A stretch of 64,000 bases of DNA from Callorhinchus milii (lineage: Eukaryota): the NCBI RefSeq assembly GCF_018977255.1, contig NW_024704742.1, positions 13,704,001 through 13,768,000 of the forward strand. The letters are read 5' to 3'. Positions 12,810-25,779 of the stretch are shown here, in pieces (the stretch's first letter is position 1; every line of letters starts with the position of its first letter). The position numbers were made by a program, and so were the translations under genes. Below the pieces are notes generated by a model. It worked only from the letters and a program-made list of their open reading frames with translations, made no database searches and was not told the origin of the DNA.

Positions 12810-12918
12810 CATCCACAAATACAGTGTCACTCCACTTTATAGTATATCTTGTGAAGAGCTTTGAGACGTTGTCCTCCTGATGTGAAAAGCACTATGATAA
12901 ATTTATTATTATTGTTAT
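12810..12918 (+). mobile_element. SINE 3' fragment
   Basis: CACAAATACAGT...CACTTTATAGTATATCTTGTGAAGAGCTTTGAGACG plus (TTA)n; tail-to-tail with the L2 at 12920. Confidence 0.7.
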
Positions 12919-12919
12919 T

Positions 12920-13875
12920 ACAACAACAACAACAACAAGATTCCATTTATAAAGCGCCTTTCACGTCAGGAGGACGTCCCAAGGCGCTGCACAGTTGGGT
13001 CATGGCCCGAGCAGGGGGGAAATGGTCAGGGTGAGGGAAGGGAGGGAGCAAGGAGGGGGGAAATGGTCAGGGTGAGGGGAGGGAAGGGAGGGAGCGAGGA
13101 GGGGGAAGAGAGTCGAGAGGGGAGCTGAAGGCACGGTCAAAGAGAAAGGTTTTGAGACCGGCCTTGAAGGAGGAAAGGGAGGAAGCAAGGCGAAGGCACT
13201 GGGGGATGGAGTTCCAGAGCCTGGGGGCTGAGAGGCTGAAGGCCCGACCACCGATGGTAGGGCGGTTGGGGCGGGGGATGTGGAGCAGGCCGGAGCCAGC
13301 TGAGTGGAGGGAATGGGGTTAGGAGGTTGCGGAGGTAGGGTGAGGCGAGGCCATGGAAGGCTTTGTAGATGAGGACCAGGATCTTGAACTGGTTCCTCTG
13401 AAGGATAGGGAACCAGTGGAGTCAGGTAAGAATGGGGTACGGGCAGGTAGGTAGGGGGATAGTAGGTTGGAGAGGTAGGAGGGAGCAAGGCCGTGAATGG
13501 CCTTGTAGGTGAGGATGAGGATCTTGAAATCAATCCTCTGGGGGATGGGGAGCCAGTGGAGGTGAGCGAGGGTGGGAGTGATGTGTTCCCGAAGCCTGGT
13601 GCGGGACAGTACACGAGCTGCAGAGTTCTGAATGACCTGCAGCTTGTGGAGGGAGGTGGCGTGAAGGCCGGCGAGGAGAGAGTTCCCGTAGTCCAGCCTT
13701 GAGGTGACAAAGGCGTGGACCAGGGTTTCAGCAGCGTGAGGGGTGAGGTAGTGCCGTAGTCTGGCGATGTTCCGAAGGTGATGGAAGGCGGTGCCAGTTG
13801 TAGTGCGGATGTGAGGGAGAAAGGACAGCTCAGGGTCGAACAAAACGCCGAGGTTCCTGACTGGCTTTGAGAGGT
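12920..13875 (-). mobile_element. L2 LINE 3' portion carrying an internal templated insertion
   Basis: VRNLGVLFD...HAFVTSRLDYGNSLL...LHWLPIPQRIDFKIL; 3' stem-loop and (TTG)n; short tandem duplication at about 13013-13100. Confidence 0.95.
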
Positions 13876-15394
13876 AATTATTTATTATTATAAATATCAC
13901 AAGTAATGATGTGGTGCAAATGTCACCCCATAATTTCACTATATATTTTAATACTAAGAAAGGATTTGTGATTTCTAGGTATTGTACAAGACTCATTAAG
14001 AGTGAACAATTTAACACAATAATTATGATTTAACCTCTAAGTGATGGTTGCTGGGCTTGCTGTTGGTTGCAGTTGTGGTTTCTGTAAAAGGAAACAGAAT
14101 GTTGAAGTAGAGTTGCTTTTCTTTTCAGCTAGTTAGAGTCAAGGACAGGATATTAACATTTATTGATAGTGCTGTAATTTGTATAATGCCAATAATTCAC
14201 CAGGGCATTTAATGTAGCTCTGTGACAAATGAACATTTATTGATATTTTTTGTTATATTTACAGTGCTAATAAGTTACAAAGTTCAAAACTTCAACTAGT
14301 TCTGCAACAAATTAACATTTATTGATAATTTTGGAATATTTATAGCTGAAGAAAGGAAACCAGACATGTTAACTATCTCATTGATGGATGTTTAAAATGT
14401 GATGAGTTTGGGGCTGAATTTATCTCTAAAACTTGCAAAGTGGAGTTTAAAACTTATCAGGGAGAAGTCCTAGAATTCCTTTGATGATGCCTGTCTTTTT
14501 ATTTTATCACCATTTATTTGAAAACAGTGGTACACTGACGAAAACATCGACCTTCTCGCCCTCACTGAAACCTGGATCACTCCAGGCGACACCTTCCCCC
14601 TGACAGAGGCCACACCACCTGGCTACACCTTCCATCATACCTCATGACCTATCCGTCATGGCGGCGGGGTGGCTCTCATCTCCCGATCCCTGCTCGGCCT
14701 ATCCCCTTACTCCTCTGGAACCTTCCCCTCCTTTTAGCATCTTACCCTCTATCACCCCTCCAACCTTTCCCTCAAAATTCTCCTTATCTAGCACCCCCCC
14801 CAAGCACACCCCACCTTCTTCCCTGACATCTCCACCCTCCTGTCTTCCCTCTCCCTCAGCTCCGAACGTCTCCTCATCCCAGGTGACTTCAACCTTCATT
14901 TCACCCCTTCCTACTCTACTTCTGCTGACTTCTCTTCCCTTATCTCCTCCCTCAACTTCTCCCTCCACAGTCACTCCACAACCCACATGCGCGGTCACCT
15001 TTTCGACCTGATGATCACGCGGGGCCTCACCATCTCGGACCTCACCATCATCGACAAAGTGATCTCGGACCATCGCTTCATTGCTTTTAACTCCGCAATT
15101 CTTCTCCCCACCGCCTCCCAACCCACCTCCATCCATTCCACCCCTGGAAACAAATCTCCCCCCACCCCCTCACCCTCGGCTGCCTTGGAGTCATCTGAAC
15201 TCCTTCCCCTTTGGGCTTCGTCCCGCAATGACCTATCCTCTTCAGTCACTCTTCTCCACAGCTCCCTCTCCACCACTCTTGATTCCCTTGCTCCCCTCTC
15301 TTGCCGAGCCGTCCTGTAATTACGAAAGTCACTTCTGTTCCCTTGAAGCACGGGTACATGCTATTGAACGAACATGGCTTAAATCGAACTTAAC

Positions 15395-16667
15395 AACAAC
15401 AACAAGATTATATTTGTATAACGCCTTTCACGTCAGGAGGACGTCCCAAAGCGCTGGACAGAGAACACCATTTCAGACCCGAGCTGGGGCTGGGAGGATA
15501 AGGGAGGGGAGGGGAAGGTGGGGTGGCCGATGGCATGGTCTAAGAGGAGTGTCTTGAGGCGGGACTCGAAGAAGGCTAAGGAGGGGTCGAGCGGAGTGAC
15601 TGGGGGATGGAATTCCAGAGGTTGGGGGCAGAGTGGCTGAAGGCTCTCCCACCAATGGTGGGTTGGGGGATGTGGAGCAGGCCGGAGCCAGCTGAGTGGA
15701 GGGAATGGGGTTAGGAGGTTGCGGAGGTAGGGTGAGGCGAGGCCATGGAGGGCTTTGTAGATGAGGACCAGGATCTTGAACTGGTTCCTCTGAAGGATAG
15801 GGAACCAGTGGAGTCAGGTAAGAATGGGGTAGATGGGGTTATGGAGTTTGGTGTGGGAGAGGACATGAGCTGCAGAGTTCTGGATTATCTGCAGCCTGTG
15901 GAGGGAGGAGTTGGGAAGGCCGACAAGCAGGGCATTTTCATAGTCGAGCCTGGGGGTGATGAAGGCATGAACAAGAGTTTCAGCGGCCTGAGGGGTGAGG
16001 TAGTGGCAGAGTTGGGCGATGTTGCAGAGGTGGGGGAAGGCAGAGTGGGTCATGGCATGGATGTGGGGAAGAAAAGACAGTTGAGGGTTGAACAAGACAC
16101 CGAGATTCCTGACTGGCTTGGTGAGTTGAAGTGTGCAACCATGGAGGTTGATGCTGCCAGAGCCTGAGGTGTGGAGGTGCTGGCGTGAGCCAATCAGGAG
16201 GGCCTCAGTCTTGTTCATATTCAACTGTAGGAAATTTGTCCTCATCCAGGACTTGATGTCTGACAGGCAGGCTGTCAGGACAGCAGTGGGCCTGGAGTTG
16301 AGGGTGGAGGCAGAAAGATAGAGTTGGTTGTCATCCACATACATGTGGAAGTTGACCCCATGTCTGCGGATGATGTCACCAAGAGGAAGCGTGTAGATAT
16401 TAAAGAGGAGAGGGCCAAGGACAGAGCCCTGGGGGATGCCAGCCGTGACCGTGCGGGGGCTGGAGGAGAAACCATTAGAGGCAATGACGTGGAGACGGTG
16501 AGAGAGATAGGAATCGAACCAGGCAAGGGCAGGTCCGCGAAGATTGAGTAAAGTAGAGAGGTGGTGTATGAGGATGGAGTGCTTGACAGTGTCGAAGGTG
16601 GCAGAGAGGTCAAGGAGGACAATAAGGCAGAGGGAGCCCTGATCACAGATGTTCAGAATGTCATAAG
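15395..16667 (-). mobile_element. L2 LINE 3' portion nested antisense in the L2 above
   Basis: ORF 15814-16704 LDLSATFDTV, GIPQGSVLGP, YVDD; (TTG)n tail at 15395; TAAC on both sides (15391-15394, 16668-16671). Confidence 0.95.
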
Positions 16668-17790
16668 TAACGGTCCATCGGCAGATCTGGCTGGACCTCA
16701 TCAAATCTTACTGCTCCGCCCTCACCTCCCCTAAATCGTCGTTCTACTCCAAGACAATCTTGGAGGGCAAGGACAACCCCAGGCTCCTCTTCTCCATAAC
16801 CAACTGGCTTTTCTGCCCACCCTCCCATGCTTCGCCCATCCTCACCTCCAATGGCAACTGCGAGGCAATACTGGACTTCCTCAAATCCAAAGTTGAGGGG
16901 ATCCATTCAGCTGCCTCTGCCCTCCCGTCTACTACCCCCTCCCTATCTCCTCCTCTTACCCCGGCCCCTACCCATCCCTCCCTCCACACTTTCGAACCTG
17001 TCTCCCACTCCTCACTCACCACCACTATAACCCGTATGAAACCGACCACCTGCTCCCTCGAACCCATCCCTACCACTCTTCTTACTTCCCAGCTCCACCT
17101 CCTTGCCCCTCTACTCACAGACATCATAAACCTCTCCCTGTCCACTGGTATCATTCCCACCTCATTAGAAACAGCCATCATCACTCCTATCCTTGAAAAG
17201 CCCTCCATGGACCCATTCCTGCTCTCAAACTTCCGCCCCATCTACAACCTCCCTTTCCTCTACAGCGTCTTGGAACAAATCGTTGCTTCCCAGCTTCGCT
17301 CCTTCGTCTCCCGCCGCTCCCTTCACGAACCCCTCCAATCAGGCTTCCGTGCCGCCCACAGCACAGAAATAGCCCTAATCAAAGTGACAAATGGCATTCT
17401 GTCCCTCTGCCTCCTCGTCCTCCATGACCACATTTTCTGTTGCCTTTGACACGTGACCACTCTATCCTCATCCACTACCTCTCCTCCCAACTCAACCTTC
17501 ATGGTTCTGCCCTTGAATGGTTCACACACACCTTTCACACCACCTCCACTTTACCTCCACAAACGTTTTTTGCTCTAGCTTCCACACCGTCTCGTGTGGT
17601 GTTCCTCAGGGCTTGGTCCTTGGTCCCCTTCCCTTCAACATCTACATGCTCTCTCTTGGTGACATTATCCACAGATATGGGGTCAACTTTCACATGTATG
17701 TGGATGACACCCAACTCACTGCCTCCACCCTTGACTCCAGGACCACTGCTGTCCTGACAGAATGTCTGTCAGACATCAAGTCCTGGATGA

Positions 17791-18112
17791 TCGTGGAATC
17801 CTGTAGCTCATTGGTTAGAGCACTCGCTTTGCAAGCGAGAGGCCTGAGTTCAATTCCAGGCAGGGCGAAACCTTGGGCAAGTTTCCTTACTCCACACAGA
17901 GCCTAGTAATAATCCCTCCAAAACCAAAAACAATAATAAAAATTGGTCATTTTCAATCTACGACTGTTTGTGGGACATTGCTGTGCGCAATTGGCTGCCG
18001 CGTTTGCCCACAAATATACAGTCAATTCACTTTACAGTGCGTTCTGTGAAGCGCTTTGGGACGTCCTCCCGATGTCAAAAGCGCTATATCAAATGCAAGG
18101 ATTATTATTATT
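17791..18112 (+). mobile_element. tRNA-derived SINE, short subfamily, inserted in L2 RT
   Basis: Splits KSWM|KANFL of the host L2; ATGA on both sides (17787-17790, 18113-18116). Confidence 0.95.
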
Positions 18113-20119
18113 ATGAAAGCTAACTTTCTTCATTTGAATGTCAACAAGACCGAGGCTCTCCTGATTGGCTCCCGTCAGCACCTCCTCACCTCAGGCGCTG
18201 ACAGTATCACCATCCATGGTTACACACTGCACCTTGCTAAGCCAGTCCAGAACCTCGGCGTCTTGTTTGACCCTCAACTATCCTTTCTACCCCACATCTG
18301 TGCCATAACCCGCTCTGCCTTCCCGCACTCCGCAACATCGCCTGGCTCTGCCACTGTGTCACAATGCAGGCTGCCAAAACCCTCATCCATGCTTCCATTA
18401 CATCGAGGTTTGACGATGCAACTTCCTTGCTTGTTCGTCCTCCCCAACTCCTCCCTCCACAGGCTGCAGATCATTCAGAACTCTGCAGCCCTCGTCCTCT
18501 CCTGCACTAGGCTCTGTGACCCTTTCACCCCCATCCTCGCCTGACTCCACTGGCTTCCCATCACTTAGAGGATACAGTTCAAGATCCTGGTCCTCACCTT
18601 CAAAGCCCTCCAAGGTCTTGCTCCCTCCTACCCCTGATACCTCGTAACCCCATACTCTCCAGCCCACTCCCTCCACTCAATAGGCTCCGGCCTGCTTCAC
18701 ATCCTCTGCCTCCCCCGCCCCACCATTGGCAGACAGGCCTTCTGCCACTCTGCCCTCACCCTCTGGAACTCCATCACGCAGTCCCTCCACCTCACCCCTT
18801 CCCTTGCCTCCTTCAAGACCCATCTCAAGACCCTCCTCTTTGACCGTGCTATCGATCACCCTGCTTCCCCGCCTGCCCTCCACCCTCCCCAATCCCAACC
18901 ACCAGCTTGGGTCTGAAACACTGACTGTCCAGCGCCTTGGGACGTCCTCCCGATATGAAAGGCACCATGCAAATGTAATTTTATTGTTGTTGTACACTGC
19001 TTTTTAAAAAATAAAAATCCTTAGTAAGATGGTTTCTGTCATAACATGTGGTCCATGCTTGGGCAGTGCCTGTGCTACGATTGTACACCCATAAACAGAA
19101 ATGAGTTATTTTATTTGTCAGAAAAATTACTACAGATAAGACTGAAGATAGAACGCAGCCACGGCCTTAAGTGATGAGCTGGGTCCTGATGCCATGACAA
19201 CAGAATCATGAAATACAGTTGCTCTCGTGAACATTTTTGGTTGGAGCAATTTTTCTGGTTAGCAAGTTCTTTATTGGTGGTCATGCTCGCTCACGGATCA
19301 TCTGCTGTCGACTGAAAACATTTGTCTTTAGTGCAAAAAAGGGGAAGCGGTTCCATTCACTTTTAAATATCTATTGTTCCTGTACAAGGGACAGAAATAA
19401 TGTTATTTCACGTGTTGATGAAGGGTCTTATGACATAGGTTGAACAAAGCAGCATCTGTAGGATTAAAAATAATAATAATCTTTGTATTTGAGGATATCT
19501 CAAAACCTTCACAAAATTTACTGTGAACTGTAGTTGCTGTGAATTTTGTAGTTATTTTGTAGGCAAATTATGATGACTCTTTTATTGTTTTTCATTAAAA
19601 AATTATAAATACTGTTAGCAAAGAAAAATAAATATGAAATGTGATTGACAATTGTGCAAAATACGACAATATGTATTATTAATCCTGTAAGGACTAACAT
19701 GAACTTATAAATAAAATAATAAATCAATAATACATTTCCCCTACTTAATTCAAGTACATTTCCCTTTGTTGAATAATGCATTATATCACTAAAATAGTTT
19801 TAAAATAATAATGTGATTTCCCGGACTCCCACATATCACTTACACATCTCGTCTGTGGAACACAAATGGGTCAAAAGATTAAAGGAATAAAGTCTAGTGA
19901 TTTTGATTTTGAATATTTAGCATATTGTCTAATAAAGTTGTGTTCCTCACAACTTTTTTCTGAGAAAAATGTATCAATTATTGCTGTTTAATGCTTGAGT
20001 AAGAAATTGAATATTTTTCTTTACATTCAGAATCATAATATTATTTTAATTTATCAAACACTTTATGCACTGTGTTTGATAAGATATTTCATAGTACTAA
20101 GTCATATAACACATTAATA

Positions 20120-20240
20120 ATAATATAATAATAATCCTTGCATTTGATATAGCACCTTATGACATTGTTAAGACATTTCAAAGATCTTATACATTGTAAA
20201 GTGTAAATGACTGTGTATTTTGGGGGTGAAATGCAATCAC
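20120..20240 (-). mobile_element. SINE 3' fragment
   Basis: AATAATCCTTGCATTTGATATAGCACC tail. Similar 3' fragments at about 2710-2815(-), 23630-23685, 24085-24270, 36385-36560, 43455-43595, 56320-56520(-), 60540-60660, 62460-62530(-). Confidence 0.75.
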
Positions 20241-21556
20241 TAAATGAAAGAATTATTATTATTTTTATATACTTGCAACCTGCTTAAAATATAATCTGTG
20301 TGCTGTAATGTACAGTGCTCTGGTTAGCTCGCAATTGGAGTGTTGCATGCAATTTTGTTCACCACGACACAAGGGGGCTTCTCAGCTTAAAATAAAGGTA
20401 GTGTGGAGAGCAATAAGGTTGAACCCCAATTTTAGAAGATGAATTAGGTAAGCTACAGCTCTTCAGCTTCGAAAATTGCTGTCTCTAAGGGGATCTTGAA
20501 AGATGCTTAATGGGACTGAGAAAGTAAATGTAGAACAATTCTTTCCGATTGCCCCCTTTTGTTGGCATTCAGTACATGGTCTATATTTTTAATAAATGGC
20601 ATGTTGCAATATCACCAGATTATAATATATATATTAACAGTAGATGGCGGATTTCCTCCACGATACCTCAACAATATGACCTCAATGTCTTTAATAAAGT
20701 CTACAAACATTGTGCACAACCGATAATGTCCAATGCAGAAATTTGCAGACCACAGAAAAGGCTAGGTTGAGTTCATTGAAAAAGGCAAGTAACAAGAGTG
20801 AACATGATTGTCTGAGGTCTAAGGAAGCCTTTTGAGTCAAAGGTAAGCATGTTCAGTAAAATTCAGAGTGAACAAATGGCCAATCAGCTATACAACACGA
20901 CTTGTGAAAGGAATTCTTGAGGGAAAATACAAAAGTAGTCCCTGCACTAACTGCTAACAGTTTGTCAGATTGTTTCTGACAGTTTTAGACAGAAAGTCTG
21001 CACCAAAGGTCATCTTTAATGACCTAGAAAGATAAATGAAAACGCTGAGCTTTTAATAACCTGCCATTTTAGAAACAAGCTAGGTCAGTGAAGTGGAAGA
21101 TAGTTACTTTGCAAGGTAATAAATTGCATGGTTCCTAGTGAATATTTATTACTACCATTCTTTCTTAAATTATATGTACTGTTTGTATTAAATTTGAATC
21201 TCAGAATTGCTTCCTTTGAATGTTGCAAATGGAATTTGTATTAATTTAAGGTCCATGGCAATAAAGATAATTGTGTCAATGCCCTTTGAATCTATTTATT
21301 AGTTTATTGGTTCATTGAGTTGATTCATTCGTGAAATAAGATGTGCAAGATATGCACTGCCTCAAAAGGCCCTCAGTAAAAAAATGACAGATGGTTTAAA
21401 AAGAGAATTGATAGATACAATGGGTAAGTGGATACTGTGCAATATAGAGAAAAGAAGGCAAAATTAGTCTACCTCGTGCTGCCTGAGTTCCAAGTGCAAA
21501 ACGTACTCTTCCCTTAGTATCTAGCTTGCCAAAGTATCACTGGTGACAGATTGTGA

Positions 21557-22125
21557 TCCAGGCTTGACTATGCAAACTCACTGCTTGTCAGCTTCCCCAA
21601 CTCCTCCCTCCACAGGCTGCAGATTATCCAGATCTCTGCAGCCCATGTCCTCTCCCGCACCAAACTCCGTGATTCTATGATCCCCAACCTCGCCCAACTC
21701 CACTGGCTTCCCATCACACAGAGGATACAGTTCAAGATCCTGGTCCTCACCTTCAAAGTCCTCCATGACTTTGCTCCCCCTCTGCAACCTCCTAACTCCT
21801 ACCAACCTGCTCACTCCCTCCGCTCAACGGGTTCCGGCCTGCTTCACATCCCCTGCCTCATCCGCCTCATAATTGGCGGGCGAGCCTTTGGCAACTCTGT
21901 CCCCACCCTCTGGAACTCCACCTTGCCGTCCCTCCACCTCGCCCCCTCCCTTGCCTCCTTCAAGATCCATCTCAAGACCTTTCTCTTCACCCTGCTTCGC
22001 CCCCTGCCCTCCACCCTCCCCGATCCTGACCCCCAGCTCGGGTCTGAAACATTGATTGTCCAGCATCTTGGGACGTCCCCCCGACATGAAAGACTCTATA
22101 CAAATGTAATTTTTTTGTTGTTGTT
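21557..22125 (+). mobile_element. L2 LINE 3' fragment
   Basis: LAQLHWLPITQRIQFKILVLTFK; 3' stem-loop and (TTG)n. Confidence 0.93.
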
Positions 22126-24625
22126 AGTGATTCTTAGGTAAATTTCTATGATTCTATGGTTAGTGGAGGCAGGTGGGGGGGGGAATGACATTGAAGGCAG
22201 CAGACTCTTGCTCAATGCAAGTGTTGACTGATGTGGATTGTGTGTCTCCCACATGCACCATTATTTGAATTAGGCTGGTATTGCATGCAACAGGTATAAA
22301 ACACCATAGTTCATGAGGCGAAACAAGAGTGGCATGACTTGTAGTGGGAACAAAACCTGGGGAACGAGTGGCTTCAGTCAGTTCCATGACAAAACATTGC
22401 GCCAAAATTGGAGTGGAGGGATGTTCAGACGTGAGACCAATTATTAATTATCTCTTTTTTATAAAGGGTAAGTTGCTTGGTGTCTGTTTAGCATTTAGCT
22501 TGTTTTCAAACCCCAAATCCAGTCCAATGGCATGACCACTTTCTTCCAACCACAACAACAACTTGTATTTATATAGTGTCCTTCACGCCAGATGGCATCT
22601 CTGGAATGTCATCAATTTATATCCCTGTCTCAAAATTAGCATTGCCAAATCCATATCTGAACCTTCATCATCTTTGGGATAGATGTGTTTCCATCACTGA
22701 CAACCAAGGTTTGTCCAATCCTACCAAGGTCCCACACCCCATCACTTCAATTCTTACCAAACTCTCTGTCTCATAACAGAGTTAAAATATGGTTCAAATG
22801 CTGCTTCAAATCCTTTGATCCTCTTGTCTATGGCAGTGACATTATTCTAACTGGCATGTAAGGTTTCATACCACACTCTTTGCTGATTGTCTGACAGATC
22901 AGCACTGAATATTGTTTTAATCCTACCTGCTGTTCTGCTGTCTCTTGTAAAAATTCCTGTCTATCACTAGCTTCTTATGTCAGTCTGAAGCATTCCAAGC
23001 TGCGTTTATCTTTGTTGGTTACTTCTATAAATTCACTGTTAGACCTGCAGAATATAAATTTATTGACATGTAGTACTTATAAGAGTTGTGAGAAATATGT
23101 GCAAAGCATGCTCAATAATATTAATATATTATGTGCGTAAGTAGTCACAACCACTTAATAAGTCACAGTAATATCCCGGCTGCTTCCCATGCAAATTGTG
23201 AAGAAGGAACTCCATTTAAGTCATCACTCCTCTTAATATGTAATTCTCGAAATTCCCGTAACTGCACTCAATCTAAAATTTATCGGGTAAATCGTCGGGG
23301 AAAAAAGTGAACTCTCGCAATCTTGCCTGTACAGAAGGAAAACTCAGCAAGCCCCGTGGTAGGCTGGCAGGATAATCATGTTATAATAATAAATTATGAT
23401 ATATTGCCATAATTAATATTAGGCCAGTGCGAGACGCAGTGTGAGTGTGAGCTTCGGTCTCTCATCTCACCCCAGGACTATAGCTGTCAATGAACAATGG
23501 CATTGATGGGTGCCTGGCCTGGAGCTAAGCCAGTCAGGCTCTAATTCCAAGAGTTGGAGGCTGGTCCTGGTCAAGAAAAAGAGCAACCATAAGCCCCAGC
23601 AGCTTTGGACTCAACCATTGTGCTGTTAGGCATCTCGAAGACATGATAAGGCTCTATATCAAATGCAAAGATTATTATTATTATTCACATGAATTGAACT
23701 GTCATCATTCAAGTGTCATTCTCATAAATAGTTCACTATTAAATGGAATCATTCAATGTTTGTAATATCTTATTTAAAAAATAACAGTGCAGACAACAAT
23801 GAAGTGTGATATCTCATTATTATTATGAAGTTCTTTTTCTGAGTGTATGGCTCATGCATATGAACACCAGTTCTGATTCGTAATTAAATGTACTGTGCAG
23901 TCTGTCACTTGCCGCTGAATTGAGAAGCCTTAATAAACATAGCCCATATGAGTATGGGCAGTCCACCACATTGTACCCGTAGAAATTATCCCATTGAATC
24001 TGTTGAGAAACATTGTATTTTTCACCATCTTCTAGTTCTTTGTACAGGAACTGTTTATTACCCTTCAAAAGCAATTACAAAAAAATAATTTGGTCACTCA
24101 ATCCACAATTGTTTGTGGGACACTGCTGTTTGCAATTGGCTGCTGTGTTTCGCCCATGAAATACACAGTGAATCCACTTTACAGTATATTCTGTGAAGCA
24201 CTTAGAGGTGTCTCAAAAATGTGATAAGGCATTATATCAAAAGCAAGGATTATTATTATTATTATTAATCTCACAAAACTTTCTACTTGCATAGTTTGTA
24301 ATAGAAAATAAATTAAGTGCATTGATGATGACAGGGAGAAGGCACCAGTGGCCATAAGGGATGAGGAAGAATAGAGAATAGTGTTGCTGTAGGTACTCCC
24401 GCCACATTGCCCCCTTGTGGCCTTGGAGAACTTGTGCCTAAATCGGCACACTGGATAACTGGTTGCTGAAGCCCTTGGAGTGATGCGTTATCCGAGGTTT
24501 ACTATATTAAGTGCCATGTATAAACAAACGTATTATGTGACAGGTGAAAACTATATTTAAATACATCTTTACAAATGGGGATTATGGTCATAGCCCAGGC
24601 TGCCATTGCAAAGCAGTTATAATCC

Positions 24626-24937
24626 TAATAATAATCCTTGCATTTGTTATAGCGCTTTTCACGTCGGGAGGACGTCCCAAAGCGCTTCACAGAACACACT
24701 GTAAAGTGAATTGACTGTATATTTGTGGGCGAACGCGGCAGCCAATTGTGCACAGCAATGTCCCACAAACAGTCGTAGATTGAAAATGACCAATTTAATT
24801 ATTGTTTTTAGTTTTGGAGGGATTATTATTAGGTGTGTGGAGTAAGGAAACTTGCCCAAGGTTTCGTCCTGCCTGGAATTGAACTCAGGTCTCTCACTTG
24901 CAAAGCGAGTGCTCTGACCACTGAGCTACAGGACTCC
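24626..24937 (-). mobile_element. tRNA-derived SINE, short subfamily
   Basis: Full head, body and tail, closely similar to 40568-40886. Confidence 0.95.
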
Positions 24938-24944
24938 TACAGTT

Positions 24945-25215
24945 ACTGGAGAGTGCACTGCAATGTCAAAGGCACTGGCCTTTGGAGTAGATGTTAAAAC
25001 ATTGTTCCGTCTGGCTCTTCAGGTAGATGTTGAAAATGCCACGCACTACAAAAAGTAGGGAAGTTCATCATGGCCAACAATCCTCCAACTAATTTTGTCA
25101 ATTATTTTGCTGTTGTTTGTGGGATTTTACTGAGTATGAAATGTGTTTGCCAACAAAACACTCATTACTTTTGACAATATTGACAATATTTTGAAAAACA
25201 CTTTGATATGTTTCA
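24945..25215 (+). mobile_element. older Deu-domain-type SINE, decayed
   Basis: GAGAGTGCACTGCAATGTC...GATGTTAAAAC...CAGGTAGATG...TGGCCAACAATC. Confidence 0.6.
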
Positions 25216-25779
25216 AAGTATAAGGTACCTTTAAAATACAAGTTCATTTCTTTCAAACAGAGGAAATTTCCAGTGTCCTTAATTAAGTATTTAACAACCA
25301 TTGGATTGGCTGTCAATTACATTATTAAAAAATCCTTTCCCTTGGTTGTTACTAACATTGCTTAGGCACCAGTAATTCTCTTTCCACATAAATTTACAGG
25401 TAGTTTACATATTGCTTGCACACCTCACATAATAGCCCCCTCGCACTGTGGGGTCTTTTGAGCCCTGAAGCAGTTGTTCCTTCTGAACCTCAGCCAAAGT
25501 GATCTCTCAATATCCGTGCATAATCCACCGATGACATCTCTTTAACAATGTGCCTCAAACATCATGTTGTGATGCTAATGAGGGGGCAAAGATGTGACCT
25601 AGGATTTGCATATTACGAAATTGCAATTAAGGCACAATTTGTTTGAACACAATTTTACAGTGTTGCAGAAATAATTAGTATATCTAAGTGATCCTTGCAC
25701 TGCTCCTTTGAGGGTGGTAAATGCTAGGTTAGTTGTAGAATCCAGCTGTTCTTTTAATCAGACACCTTCACCCTCAAAG

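Larger units (their letters stand above)
14533..18993 (+). mobile_element. near-complete L2 ORF2 pseudogene (EN to RT to 3' tail), interrupted by two insertions
   Basis: ENIDLLALTETW near 14540, GDFN, SDH; ERTWLKSNL (15390) continues as TVHRQIWLDLIKSY (16669); QSGFR, GVPQG, YVDD; HWLP; (TTG)n at 18985-18993. Confidence 0.92.

Noticed and set aside
15814..16704. 296-aa reverse transcriptase ORF as a functional gene
   Set aside because: 5'-truncated nested L2 fragment; the ORF start lies outside the element, it has YVDD in place of YADD, and it stops prematurely.
13000..17241. Pro/Ser- or Gly/Glu-rich ORFs of 100-236 aa
   Set aside because: Alternative or antisense frames of C-rich L2 sequence.
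19140..19400. Possible minus-strand exon (acceptor near 19380) or C/D snoRNA (GTGATGA near 19171)
   Set aside because: All three frames close within 17 codons; no terminal stem or properly spaced D box found.
23823..24074. 83-aa ORF / exon candidate IQWDNFYGYNVVDCPY
   Set aside because: No recognisable homology and only a non-canonical GC donor.
25370..25660. Possible old palindromic element (TCACAT..GCCCCCTC / GAGGGGGC..ATGTGA)
   Set aside because: Symmetry is limited to short blocks; not supportable without computation.
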